A stretch of DNA of 64,000 nt from Tubiluchus corallicola (Eukaryota > Animalia > Priapulida): positions 124,001 through 188,000 of the forward strand of contig JAQGDQ010000337.1 in NCBI GenBank assembly GCA_030141605.1, given 5' to 3'. Numbering within the stretch: the stretch's first letter is position 1; every line of letters starts with the position of its first letter. The translations under genes and the position numbers were made by a program. Shown here one piece after another: positions 52,401-63,000 of the stretch. Under the pieces are notes generated by a model. It saw nothing but the letters and a program-made list of their open reading frames with translations. It was not told where the DNA came from and did not search any database.

Positions 52401-54218
52401 ATGTATATAGTTAAGTTGTTAAACAGACTACAGCAGATTGTGAGTTCGAGTTCCAGCTGGTGCCCACAAATTTTTCGCTAATTTTTTAAACGTCGACTAC
52501 TGAAAAACTGTTTCAAAACTGCTTCAAGTGTAAAAGAAGAAGCGTTAAAAACGGTTTCTGTCTATTGTAACTGCAGACAGTATGCGGGAAGTTAATAGAA
52601 GTCTGTATTTGTCGGCGGAAATGTTCGTCTAAAACCTGTTTTCGTTCAGTGACATTCGCAGCAACTTTGAGAAAATAAATGGCAGCAGCAACAATTCGAT
52701 AAATTGTGAAATCGATGCAGAAAGAAGAAGTTAGCAAACCGGCTGCTGCGTTGCCCTAGCAACCGTCTAGACAGTTAAAAATGTTTAATCACAATAAAGG
52801 TACTTTAACAGTGCTCAGCGATGGTAACAGATAGCAGCAAAATCAAACTAGAAGCCAATTAAATAATGGCTAACAGTCAGAGAGACGCCTACCGGTCATA
52901 AGCAAAACTACAAACATTTTAGATGAAATGCGAGCAGATAAATACAATTGCAAACAGTAAGATGATGTCTAGCGGCACACACGACTTAGAACATTAGTTC
53001 AACTGCTTACGAACGACTGATATGTACCTTTTTACAATATCCTGCAACAAGGAACACGTAAACGAGCAGCTTGTATCAAAAAGACGAGAATAAACAAATT
53101 TACATGTAACGCTTTTGGCATAACTACTGCCAGTATCATCATCATTAATGATATGCTGCCATCATTACTATATCGTCTTCGTCGTCGTCGTCATTACCGT
53201 CACCGTCATCATCATCATCACTAACACCATCATCATCATAGTCATCATCACTATCACCATCATCATCGTCACCATCACCAACACCATCATCATCATTGTC
53301 ATCACCAACATCATCATCGTTACCATCGTGATCATCATCATCATCATGATTATCATCAACACTAACACCATCGCTGCCGCTACCAACACCGTAATCCACC
53401 ACACTCAATATCAGTTTGCTGATAATCGGTACTATGTCGTTGTCGTCATTTTCATGTTGTCAATCTGTTTAGTTATTATGGTTGTCATTGTTTTACCAAA
53501 ATCACCAAAATTTTTCGAATTACTTTGATGCAAAGGATACAAAGTTTTCCAAGGATGCAAATCTCACTGACGTTACCACATGCGGTTCAAAAACACCATA
53601 ACCACCACCACAACCACCATCATCATCATTATCATATGCCGATTACGTCTATTGTAAAATAGCGTATCGACATTAGCAGGCAAAATTCTAAAATAAACGA
53701 AATTTGCCCTCAAGACACGTAAACATAGCAGCAATCCAGCAAGAAACTAAACACTGCTATACCAGTGGCATGTCAGCACCACCTCCGCTCCCAAAACGCC
53801 ATAAGAGGAGGACCAGTTTCCCACAGTTGTTTTTATAACTATGTATATTGAAAGTCCACCATCTTTGTGTGCTGGATATTAATAGTCGAAATGTTTACTA
53901 GTACGGCTTGCAGTAGTACAGTGTTTTTAACACAATTTTACCTCCAGCAATTTTTTTTTGCTAAACATGAATAAACGTCCTACTTCCTACTTCTTAAGCA
54001 CGTTAAAAACTTGATAAAACTTTTAGAAGATTTGCAAAAGAAGCCATACTCACCACAGCAGGTATTTGACCAGGAATTACTTGCTGAAACGGCACTTGGT
54101 TCATCAGGGCGGCTTGTTTTAGCGCTAAATTATTCCTACCATTAATTAAAAGCTGATCTTTTAAATGCTGCGGTGGATGGAGATACTTGCATGGTGGCTT
54201 GTCACGATTACATCTACC
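28413..54218 (-). CDS. MBNL: Muscleblind-like CCCH zinc-finger splicing regulator, 5'-partial (ZF1 exon not found, presumably beyond 64000); longest isoform carries three tandem zinc-finger pairs
   Basis: Exons: 54218-54054 ([31 protein letters not shown]..., end of ZF2); 47573-47508 (tentative); 41595-41413 (...[10 protein letters not shown]); 40221-39991 ([21 protein letters not shown]...[30 protein letters not shown]3-4); 37115-37029 (...KKRPHD...); 35737-35596 ([16 protein letters not shown]...YIPVS); 31285-31206 (80-nt cassette); 29369-29285 (ZF5 or [11 protein letters not shown]); 28618-28413 (ZF6, stop). All GT-AG with compatible phases. Confidence 0.92.
29285..29369 (-). CDS. MBNL: MBNL dual-frame exon (85 nt)
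   Basis: Phase-1 entry gives [11 protein letters not shown] (TAA at 29337-29335). Phase-0 entry gives [28 protein letters not shown] (C-x7-C-x4-C-x3-H). Acceptor ttcttcag, donor AAG|gtacag. Confidence 0.88.
29756..30527. mobile_element. hAT-like MITE in MBNL intron
   Basis: TIRs CAGGACCGGCTCT...AGAGCCGGCCCTG. The flanking 8-mers ACTGCTGG/GCTACTGC match at 5/8 (possibly a decayed TSD). Partial second copy at 17260. Confidence 0.65.
30608..30882. repeat. Foldback (long imperfect inverted repeat), probably a MITE
   Basis: GTTGTAGATTCTTGGCTTCAG pairs with CTGAAGCCAAAGATTTACAAC, and the nested AGACGTAGACAAATTGCAA pairs with TTGCAAAATGTCTACGTCT. Confidence 0.6.
31206..31285 (-). CDS. MBNL: MBNL 80-nt frame-shifting cassette exon ([27 protein letters not shown])
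   Basis: Acceptor catgaag|TG, donor AACCAG|gtatt. Length 3n+2 converts the phase-1 end of the 142-nt exon into the phase-0 start of ZF5, with no stops. Confidence 0.75.
33771..34818. repeat. 33-bp minisatellite, ~32 near-identical copies, in an MBNL intron
   Basis: Unit CAACTTTCCCCGGTGTCATTAGTATCTAAATTT with two recurrent variants (GTA/GCA, CAA/CGA). It explains the 309-aa repetitive ORF. Confidence 0.97.
36241..36495. repeat. 44-bp minisatellite, ~5.5 copies
   Basis: TAATATACAGC recurs at 36245, 36289, 36333, 36377, 36421 and 36465. Confidence 0.9.
37029..37115 (-). CDS. MBNL: MBNL 87-nt in-frame cassette exon with basic KKRP motif
   Basis: tactaattag|CCA ACA CAA...ATA CTG|gtacta encodes [29 protein letters not shown], phase 0-0, flanked by dense YGCY motifs. 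Confidence 0.75.
40420..40476 (+). mobile_element. Non-LTR retrotransposon reverse-transcriptase fragment
   Basis: Translates [19 protein letters not shown], matching the conserved GVPQGSVLGPLLF motif of LINE RTs. The flanks are decayed. Confidence 0.75.
43720..44620. repeat. Old degenerate tandem triplication containing an internal ~79-bp duplication
   Basis: ACTAAGTCACGTTTAAGACCGTGG-like motif at ~43724, ~44208 and ~44548. ACTTAAACGTGGTG.GACAGTAAGTACTTGTGGTGTATA occurs twice (~44321, ~44400). Confidence 0.55.
44860..45395. repeat. C/A-rich low-complexity degenerate repeat
   Basis: Mostly CAC/ACA/CCA with recurring ACCAAGCACTT..TGCACAACACACC and CACCTCCCACATCATA blocks. It explains the His/Thr/Pro-rich ORFs. 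Confidence 0.85.
45430..45547. repeat. Perfect 32-bp inverted repeat around an (AT)n spacer
   Basis: 45430-45461 ATAATTAAAATTGAATCTTATAATTAATTTTG is the exact reverse complement of 45516-45547. Confidence 0.9.
47508..47573 (-). CDS. MBNL: Tentative MBNL 66-nt linker exon ([22 protein letters not shown])
   Basis: Long U-rich tract ending tttgtttag, donor GTG|gttggt, phase 0-0, open frame. No recognisable conserved motif. Confidence 0.5.
47678..47775 (+). mobile_element. SINE-like remnant with a tRNA-like A box and a 5S rRNA-like segment
   Basis: TAGCTGAGTGACTAAGGCG followed by AAGTTAAGCAACACCAAGGCTGG...GATGGATGACCACC, which resembles the 5S internal control region AAGCTAAGCA...GGATGGGAGACCGCC. 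Confidence 0.4.
50175..50267. other. 93-nt hairpin with 36-bp arms (3 differences)
   Basis: CGTGTTCTTCGCTCTCTTACAAATTTCATCCATGGG ... CCCATGGAGGAAATTTGTAAGAGAGTGAAAAACACG. Confidence 0.8.
51881..52126 (-). mobile_element. LINE (CR1/L2-like) ORF2 C-terminal remnant, between two ~90-bp direct repeats
   Basis: [40 protein letters not shown] resembles the Y.TR...G..lWN.L tail of CR1/L2 ORF2. CAAATTTGTAAAATAGCCCC...GACATTGATTGTA occurs at ~51790 and ~52306. Confidence 0.55.
53135..53400. repeat. Degenerate (CAT/CAC/CGT)n trinucleotide microsatellite
   Basis: Imperfect CAT-dominated triplets that give the poly-D/I/M ORFs. Confidence 0.9.
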
Positions 54219-54501
54219 CTGAAATAAAAATGCAAGTTTGAGAACAAAAGCCTTAAAACATTGGAAGGGTCAAAAACAACAAAGGTCAACATCAAACACC
54301 TTTCCCACTTGGTACATACTACGTATCAAGCTGGTCTCAGGAGCAAGTCCTTAAACCGTCTTTGGTTGCACAAAGTGAACAGACGTGACAGCGACGCAAT
54401 TTGTTAAAAGGTCAAGAGGGTCACAATGGACAAAGGTGCAACGAATGACCCTTCTCTACTTTGTATACACGTAGATGAAATATTGCCGAGTTTTCCTAAA
54501 T

Positions 54502-54752
54502 ACAGAGATCTTATTCAGTACATGGGTGTAGTGACAGAAAGGGTTGTGGGAACAGAGATCTTATACAGTACATGGGTGTAGTGACAGAAAGGGGTGTGGG
54601 AATAGAGATCTTATTCAGTACATGGGTGTAGTGACAGAAAGGGTTGTGGGAACAGAGATCTTATTCAGTACATTGCTGTAGAGACGGAAAAGGGTGTGGG
54701 AACAGAGATCTTATTCAGTACATGGGTGTAGAGACAGAAAGGGGTGTGGGAA
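54502..54752. repeat. 50-bp minisatellite, 5 copies
   Basis: ACAGAGATCTTATTCAGTACATGGGTGTAGTGACAGAAAGGGTTGTGGGA with period 50. Confidence 0.93.
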
Positions 54753-54917
54753 GCAAAAAAGGAGAAGAACAAAGGACAGTCAGGTCTTTTTTATTTCTAG
54801 ACCTACGTTTCAGTGTAAGGTAAGGTAGAATACTATTAAATTCAAAGTAGCAGAGTCAACAATGTAAAAATATTACAATAATACAAGTATTACAGAACTC
54901 GCTTGAAGCAGAATATA

Positions 54918-55145
54918 ATAGGTTGCCGTGAACAGTCTCCCAGGGACACGGGACACACAAATAGTTAAAAAGTACAAAAAACCAAAATATTTCCAGAAAG
55001 TTTTAGACGTTATTTCAAAGTATGTGAAAAATAGGTTGCTGTGAACAGTCTCCCAGGGACACGGGACACACAAATAGTTAAAAAGTACAAAAAACCAAGC
55101 TATTTCCAAAAAGTTTTAGACGGTATTTGAAAGTATGTGAAAAAA
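54918..55145. repeat. ~113-bp tandem duplication
   Basis: ATAGGTTGC.GTGAACAGTCTCCCAGGGACACGGGACACACAAATAG...AAGTATGTGAAAA occurs twice in tandem. Confidence 0.85.
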
Positions 55146-58100
55146 AGTGCAGGTTCTGATCTATGCAGTAGCCTAAATTAGAAAAAAAAACCAAAAAGGT
55201 GAAAAAGGTTAAACGGTTTTCTGATTCAGTACGTAGGGGTGGAATTAGGAGGAGGAAAACTAAATGCAAAGTAGCCGGAGAGAAAGTCTGTGGGAAGGAC
55301 AGCAATGTTATAAAGGGGTGTAAAGGGCACAACACCCCTCCCCTTAATCAAATCCGTGTAACAGTGAAGAATAAGTCTAGACTCCAGGACCACCTTCTAT
55401 TAGCGGTGTAAAAGAATTGGGCAGTTTTCAATTTACGGTTTTAAAAATTCGGAAAGTCTAATGAAATTGCACGATGAGTTTTACTCTTTGGTTTTGGTGT
55501 TTTAACTTCAATGATTTCCGTTGCAAAGCGTTGGTGCCGCTCAGAAACTTAAAGCACAAAAAACCCTCCACTTACATAAAGCTTAAAAATTTCGCTTTGA
55601 AATTTTATACCACTTACGTACTGCCTTTTTGCATATTAGACTTGCGTTGGCAATAACGCTGTATAAAACATGTAAATTTAAACTCGCGATGACCGTTAGA
55701 CGCAACCATTTTCACGACAGGTCATTTGAAACAAGTTTAGATAATAATGTGTAAAGTTTGAAAAATTAATCAGAGGATAAGATTAAAAATACGTTTTTGG
55801 TTAATGAGTGGTGCACCCTGGAAAGTGACTCAGCGATATTTTACCAATTGGTGAAACCATTTTAAATAATTAATAATTTTCTTTTCTAGTTACACAAGTC
55901 TTTCAAGTAGATAAGCGAAATAATATAACTCTGCATTGAAAGTTTTTTGGGACATACTTTAACATTTACTTTTCTTCCCCTGATTTACGTTTGCGTAGTG
56001 ACGTAATGTAATGGCGCGGTCGGTACAGTGTCGCGCGAGATTTAAATTGAAAACTAACAAAAAATCATTTTAAATCGTGAGGTCGATAAACGCATAAGAT
56101 TGCTATAAAGTAGTACAATTTTTTAAGACGATTTTTCTGAAACTACATCAGGTACCCCTTTTTCTCGTCCTTTAAGTGATCTAGTACACTCTTACTTTTG
56201 CGTATAAATAAGACGCAACGTATGCCAGTCACAAACCACAATGGACAACTAATTGGCATGGTTTTTATTAAAATCCGTTGAACAATATTCTCAGTAGTAC
56301 GTATATTCTAAATCAAATGGTAATCAATTTCTTAACTGGCACGCAGCAAATTAATACTTTTTTATAACTGAATCTATTCAAACCAGTTTTACACCAATAA
56401 AAAAACAACTAACTGTGATAAATCATAACTGCAAGTGGCATTTCCATCCGTCACTGAGTTTAATGAAACAGGCAAACCTTGTGTAAGTATTTACCTACAT
56501 CAATTAGAATGACAGTTTAGTTGACCTCAATGAGTTTTTGTATCTAAATTTGAAAAAATTAAAATTGAATGTGTGAACAGCCGTAAAAGTGACAGCCCCT
56601 TCGCGATGAATTGAAAAAGATCAGCACACGCTAGTGCTCCACTTAAAAAAATTAAAGATCTCTATAATGCTTAAAAAAGTTCTCCAGACCACAATCAGGT
56701 CAACTTCGCTTGAACTCACAAACATAATATGGTCGATGCGCGTATAGTTTAATTTCATGACAGATTTCATGCCGCAAGTTGAGAAAGTTAATACGTGGTG
56801 AAACGCTCCGTGCTCTTTACGATTAATATGTCTGAAAACCACCTCAAGCTTTCTACTTTCCATTTGAAATTAATCGCATGTCAATTATTAGGTAATAAGA
56901 CGGCGAGACGTAGAAATTGGGCCACAGTACAAGGGCCACTATAAGTATTGTGTAATTAAATACTCACACCGTAACGACAATTGATAGAAAATTTTCTTCT
57001 TGTTGAAACTTACTGAACACGGAAACATTAACGAAGTGCCCGAGAGAAAGTTGGGGGCGTTTTACTTGCTCTTAATACAACGAGAGCACCCCACACGTGC
57101 CCCCCTTGAACACGCTCCTCAAGCTACTTCCCGTCTGATGCCCAGTCAAGTAAAAATAACCGTGACCGTTGCTTGAACTCATGGTGGAACCCTTGCAATG
57201 GGTGAATGCGTTATTTTTGTTTTTTATGTGCAGGAGGGCCTTCAGCGTTCTGAATGAACTGAGTTATTATTTTATGAAAGCCTTGAAGGTATAGACTGTA
57301 TGTGAAATTCGACGACTTCACACCATTTTATTAGTTATTAGGTAAGAATATTACAGTAATTACTGATGTAGGCCAATAGAACGATTAATTTCCATGTCAA
57401 AGCAACAGATTTCAGCAAGTTTTTGATTGAAAAAGTTTCTTTAGCTAAAATTCTTCTCGACTATACGCACCACCAGTAATCCTACCCACATAAAACTACC
57501 AAGCGATTATTATTAATCCGGGTTACATCAAGTTTAATAAATCCGCATGCTTGAGCAAAGAACTAGCGTTACCGTTCATTTCAGTCTTTGATGTGGTTCG
57601 ACAGTGGAACTGAACTCACAACTTTCCACGTGGAAAGAAGCACACAACCCTATGAGCCATTCCTGTACTACTGGTTCCCGAAATTTCGGCAGCTGTTGTC
57701 TTTTATTACAATTCAGACTAGGGCAGTATATGTATATGGGGGTACCCACATAAAACAGGTGCTATTTTACCAGCTTATTTTACACGAGTGGCTTTTTGAA
57801 GATTGTATCGCCGCCAGTTTAGGGTCATTAGTGCGCAAGATGAATAAGGATCATATACGTGAATAAGACTGGTATGGCTGTGGTGTGGTGGGTGCTACAG
57901 TTTGTAAATAAGGCAGTAAGCCTATTGATTCATTAAAAATTTCGAAAGAACAGTGTGCATACATTTACCGTCAATGCAACGCACAAGTAAATATGATAAT
58001 TGTGATTTAATGCATTTTACACGTTTCACTTAACACAGTGCTGTACGAAGCTGAAAATGCTCAGTCGCGCATGGCGTGGAAGCCAGACACGTGGCTTCAT

Positions 58101-59299
58101 TTGGTTGATAGCAGACAGTATTAGACGACGCCAGTCCTTCAATTCACACTAGTCTATAAAAGCAGTGTCATTAAACTGCAGTCAGACAAACTCAATCACC
58201 TGCCTCAGCACTAGAGGATATAAAAACCTAATATAAAGAAATAAAGTCATTAAGAACTTGGTCGTCTTTTTGATTACAGCAAATTGAAATAAAGTTGGGC
58301 TCCAAAGAGAACAACATAGTTGACGCAGTTGCATCCATCCTCCAAATATAAACCATCCTACTTTTTGTTTTACCTGCGAAGAAAGCTTTAGCATAACATC
58401 ACATTGTTAGGATTTTCGATGGCAGGATAGATCAGAATTTAAGATGTCCTACTGACTCTTGGTTTGCGTTACAAGGTTAAATTAAATCATGCTTTTTTAT
58501 GAAAGCTGTTTGTTTGATATCAAGCCAATAGCAAATGTTCCATTTGGACTTTCAGTCGAAGAGACAATATCAATGAAGAGCCATCAGCTTCATGACGCGT
58601 TGCCAATATTGTACCTTCCTGGCACACTGATTCACACTCAGCTTCTGATATGAAATCCATTCTTAGCGTGACAATCCTCTTGTAAGTTTACGTTCTTGTA
58701 GGGCATACATGTGTCAAAATATGTTATTGAAATAGCATTACAACATGCTTCATCGTTTCTTTCTGAGAGGCACCAGAGCTACCCTCTTTGAAACTTACTG
58801 GAAGCAAAACCTATATGCTAAATATTACTGAACCTAGAGACATGTCAAAAGGAACAGATTTATAATTCATAAGAGCCGTGACGTCATAATGACGTTCTTG
58901 GCTGACATTAGAACATCGGGAATATCAGTCAGTTTCACTTCATGTGCCTACATAGCTTCCTCTTTTGTTGCTCGTCCTAGCTGGTCAAGACTTTCTGAGA
59001 CTTTGTTCAATAAATACCGAACTGGACAACTCAGTGTAGAAACATCTTTTATTATAGTGCAATTCACTTCACAAAATGAAAGTTTGATTACCTGTCATTT
59101 GTCAATTGTCACGGTGATTTTTCTTCCACAATTTTGCAAAGACAGAATGGTTTAACACGTGCAACTTTGCACGATCCTTTTTACTCGCTGACAAGGTTAT
59201 TACTTTACCGAAAAATCAATCACAATCAACGTGTCTCACGTTTAAACAGCAGGGCGGTGAAAATAGTGAACAACGTATTGCACAAAACACACCAGGTAG

Positions 59300-60090
59300 C
59301 AGTGCTGAGCAAGATTTGAGTATGTCATGTGGGAAGCATGATAACAGTGCTGAGCAAGAGTTGAGTATGTCATGTGGGAAGCATGATAACAGTGCTGAGC
59401 AAGAGTTGAGTATGTAATGTGGGAAGCATGATAACAGTGCTGAGCAAGAGTTGAGTATGTCATGTGGGAAGCATGATAACAGTGCTGAGCAAGAGTTGAG
59501 TATGTCATGTGGGAAGCATGATAACAGTGCTGAGCAAGATTTGAGTATGTCATGTGGGAAGCATGATAACAGTGCTGAGCAAGAGTTGAGTATGTCATGT
59601 GGGAAGCTGATAACAGTGCTGAGCAAGAGTTGAGTATGTCATGTGGGAAGCATGATAACAGTGCTGAGCAAGAGTTGAGTATGTCATGTGGGAGCATGAT
59701 AACAGTGCTGAAGAGTTGAGTATGTCATGGGGAAGCATGATAACAGTGCTGAGCAAGAGTTGAGTATGTCATGTGGGAAGCATGATAACAGTGCTGAGCA
59801 AGAGTGGTATGTCATGTGGGAAGCATGATAACAGTGCTGAGCAAGAGTTGAGTATGTCATGTGGGAAGCATGATAACAGTGCTGAGCAAGAGTTGAGTAT
59901 GTCATGTGGGAAGCATGATAACAGTGCTGAGCAAGAGTTGAGTATGTCATGTGGGAAGCATGATAACAGTGCTGAGCAAGAGTTGAGTATGTCATGTGAG
60001 AAGCATGATAACAGTGCTGAGCAAGAGTTGAGTATGTCATGTGGGAAGCATGATAACAGTGCTGAGCAAGAGTTAAGTATGTAATGTGGG
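59300..60090. repeat. 45-bp minisatellite, ~17.5 copies, in the large MBNL intron
   Basis: Unit CAGTGCTGAGCAAGAGTTGAGTATGTCATGTGGGAAGCATGATAA, with scattered 1-3 nt deletions that shift all repeat ORFs. Confidence 0.97.
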
Positions 60091-63000
60091 ATGATAAGTA
60101 TGATAATGATAAATGTCAATTAAGTCTACTTTTATGTAAAAAAATATTTCTGCGGTGTGAATCTTCCTCAAGGAAACCAAAGCGATAAGGCACTCACGTT
60201 TCAAGTTCTGAGCGTGGAAGTCCTCCAACTTGAACTTTGACCTTTGGACGCAGTTTGACCATTGTGATCATGTCCTCTAACCTTGGAACCGTAGCAGTAC
60301 ACAACTGCGCATTGTACAGGGATCATGCTTCTATAAAACTCGGTGATAGTTCACGTATTTGTTTTCGAAATGTACTGAATACAATGTAGGGTTTACTTCG
60401 ATCGACCCGAAGGCTGAGGGTCTACTTGCTTTGCGATCTTGACTCGACCGTGACATTGGTTTACGAATTTAGAAGCCTTGTAGTTCAGCTCTACGTTACA
60501 GGAAAGGCTCTGTACCTTTTTCATTAGTCATCCAGATGCGCGGCTGCGAGTGGATATGATTTTTAATTTTGACCATTTGACCTCGTATATGCATTATTTC
60601 TAGCATAGTTCAAAATTAAATACAACCATACTACTAAATTTAATTAAATTTGATACTGTATCATGAACATTAATTAACTGCAGGGATATAACAGGTGGCA
60701 AGTCACTGACATAGCAAACATGGCATAACTGACAAGACAATGGGCATAGCAGAATTCAGTGATGGCTGACTATGTTCACTTGTCTTGACGAGAGATTAGA
60801 ATCTCCCACACTAGTAACAATCAATGTCTGTAACAATCGATACAGTATTTCATGGCATTTTTACATGAATCCCGTACTTTTTCATGGCTTGGACACAAGT
60901 GAATAGAGGCATACGGACTAACAACGACCCGACTCAAGTGCCAAAACAATGTGAAAAGGCCTCAAAGGCAAATGTTACATCAAACTTAATGGCCAATCTT
61001 TAACAATGAAAGAGTTAAAGTGAGTGGGAGGAATACACAACGACTATCGACCAGTCTCCAGACGACCAGAGCTGTCAGACATTCAGAATGATTTCAACGT
61101 GACGTTAGACTCCAACTCGACGGTTCCAGACGGAGGTGGACGTGTGCAATTCACGAACGTGTGAAAAGCGAAATCCACAAGACAAACAAGCATTTGAACT
61201 CACTCGCTCAGCAGGAAAAAACCCGCACAGCAAATATTCTTACACTAAAGAAAATATTTACGAGCCATAATTCGAAGGGGAAGAATGCAGCGTGTGCCAT
61301 TAACTGGAAATTATGTAATGGCTGTCCGCGGGGAGGTGCTCAATACTCCCGCTGTTTGTTTGTTGAAAAAAGTCGGAAGTTGAATGAGGTCAATGAATAA
61401 CTGTTGATTTAATTATGAAATTCGGCTACGTAATCCAGCGTTATAAAGTATGACTTTCTTGAGTGAGTTCTGATTAATGCAGCATGGCAGAAGTTTCATG
61501 AAATGATGAAAATAACCTATCAATTATTCAATATCAATTTAATGGGTAAAACACTCATCTATACATCATATAACAATCATTATTATCATCATCATCCCTA
61601 ATAATAATGTTAGATTTTGTATGAAGTAAACAACATCACATTTTCATGTACTGTATGCTCTATTAATATGCACAGGTACAGATGTATGACTATATTCATT
61701 GTGTAATATATTTTTATTCAGTCTGCAGTGTTTTTAAAACAGTCATCAACAGAAATAATGAAATGGGGTGAAAGGAATGCTCTGGATTGCAGCGTATCGA
61801 AACGCATAAAAAGGTAAACTCTAAACGCTACGTGTACCCTTAAAAACAAAAAACACAAAAAATTAATGGTAGCCTGGGAAAATTCACTAAAAACAGACTC
61901 TAGAAGGTTTCCTATTTTCATTTACGTTTTCTAAGTTTTCATGTCAAACAGCCAGTGCCTTACAGCAAAAAATAATCCATCATAATCAAATCCACTCAAA
62001 TACAATCATATTTTCCATAACAATTATGTTAATTACCCGGTTTCATTGTAATTTTTTGAAAGTACTGCAAAGAGTGTGGTCATGCGGTCAATGTGAATTG
62101 GTTTTCGAGTTTTACTGGGATTTTTTTTCAATGCACCGTAAATAGTGTGGTCACGTGGTCAATCTGAATTCGTGAAGTTCGAGAGGTGATCTGAACCGCG
62201 TACAAGTGCACAAATTACGCCATGATTGTGCACTTGTTGTTAAACTTCAATCAGTCTGCCATGATGATTAGGATATGAAAGTCAGTGAATCGTGAACATC
62301 ATTGTCCACACTGTCTGATTACAGGCTGCGCAGAGAGTAGTACACTCACCCAATTTAATCAATTTCGCGTATTTTCCCGCAAACCCCACGTGACCTCAAA
62401 ACTAAGAGCAGACAGTCTGCCCTACTCATCACCTGATGGCAGTGTGCCTGACCGGTTAACAGACTCAACCAATCGATAGTTTGATTAGACTACGCTGAGC
62501 CTTTCATTAAACAAAGTTGCATGCAAGAAGCATCGAATTGCATTCATTAAGAATCCTAATGTAATGTCTCGAATAAGTTTGCTAATAGAATAATCGCATA
62601 AACTGATTATGGATGCACTAAAGGTACGTTCACAATAATCCACTAACATTGTGAACATCTCAAAACAACACTATGCATGTGATGCATACACTTTGCATCT
62701 CAAAACAAGCACAGTGTAGTAAGTTTACATATTATGAATAATATCAAACAAAGATCTGTCGATCTTTAACCCATGGTGTACAAGAATGTCAACATGTCCA
62801 CTATTATGCCGTGGATTATAGCTTACAGCTCAAGATGATTTTATAGCCAAATTTATGTTATATAATTTATAATTCAACTTCACGTGTAATTTTCTTTCCT
62901 AATGCAGAAGGTGGTTCTCAGTCTGTTAAATATATATCTGTCATGGTGTGTTGGGTGTGCAAGTATTGTGTGATGGTAATAGTTTAGTTTAGTTTAGTTT

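Noticed and set aside
53145-53528. Poly-Asp, poly-Ile and poly-Met ORFs
   Set aside because: Degenerate CAT microsatellite with no supporting splice sites or homology.
59216-60119. Several 15-aa repeat ORFs on both strands
   Set aside because: Products of the 45-bp minisatellite. Indels break every frame, and there are no spacers, so it is not CRISPR.
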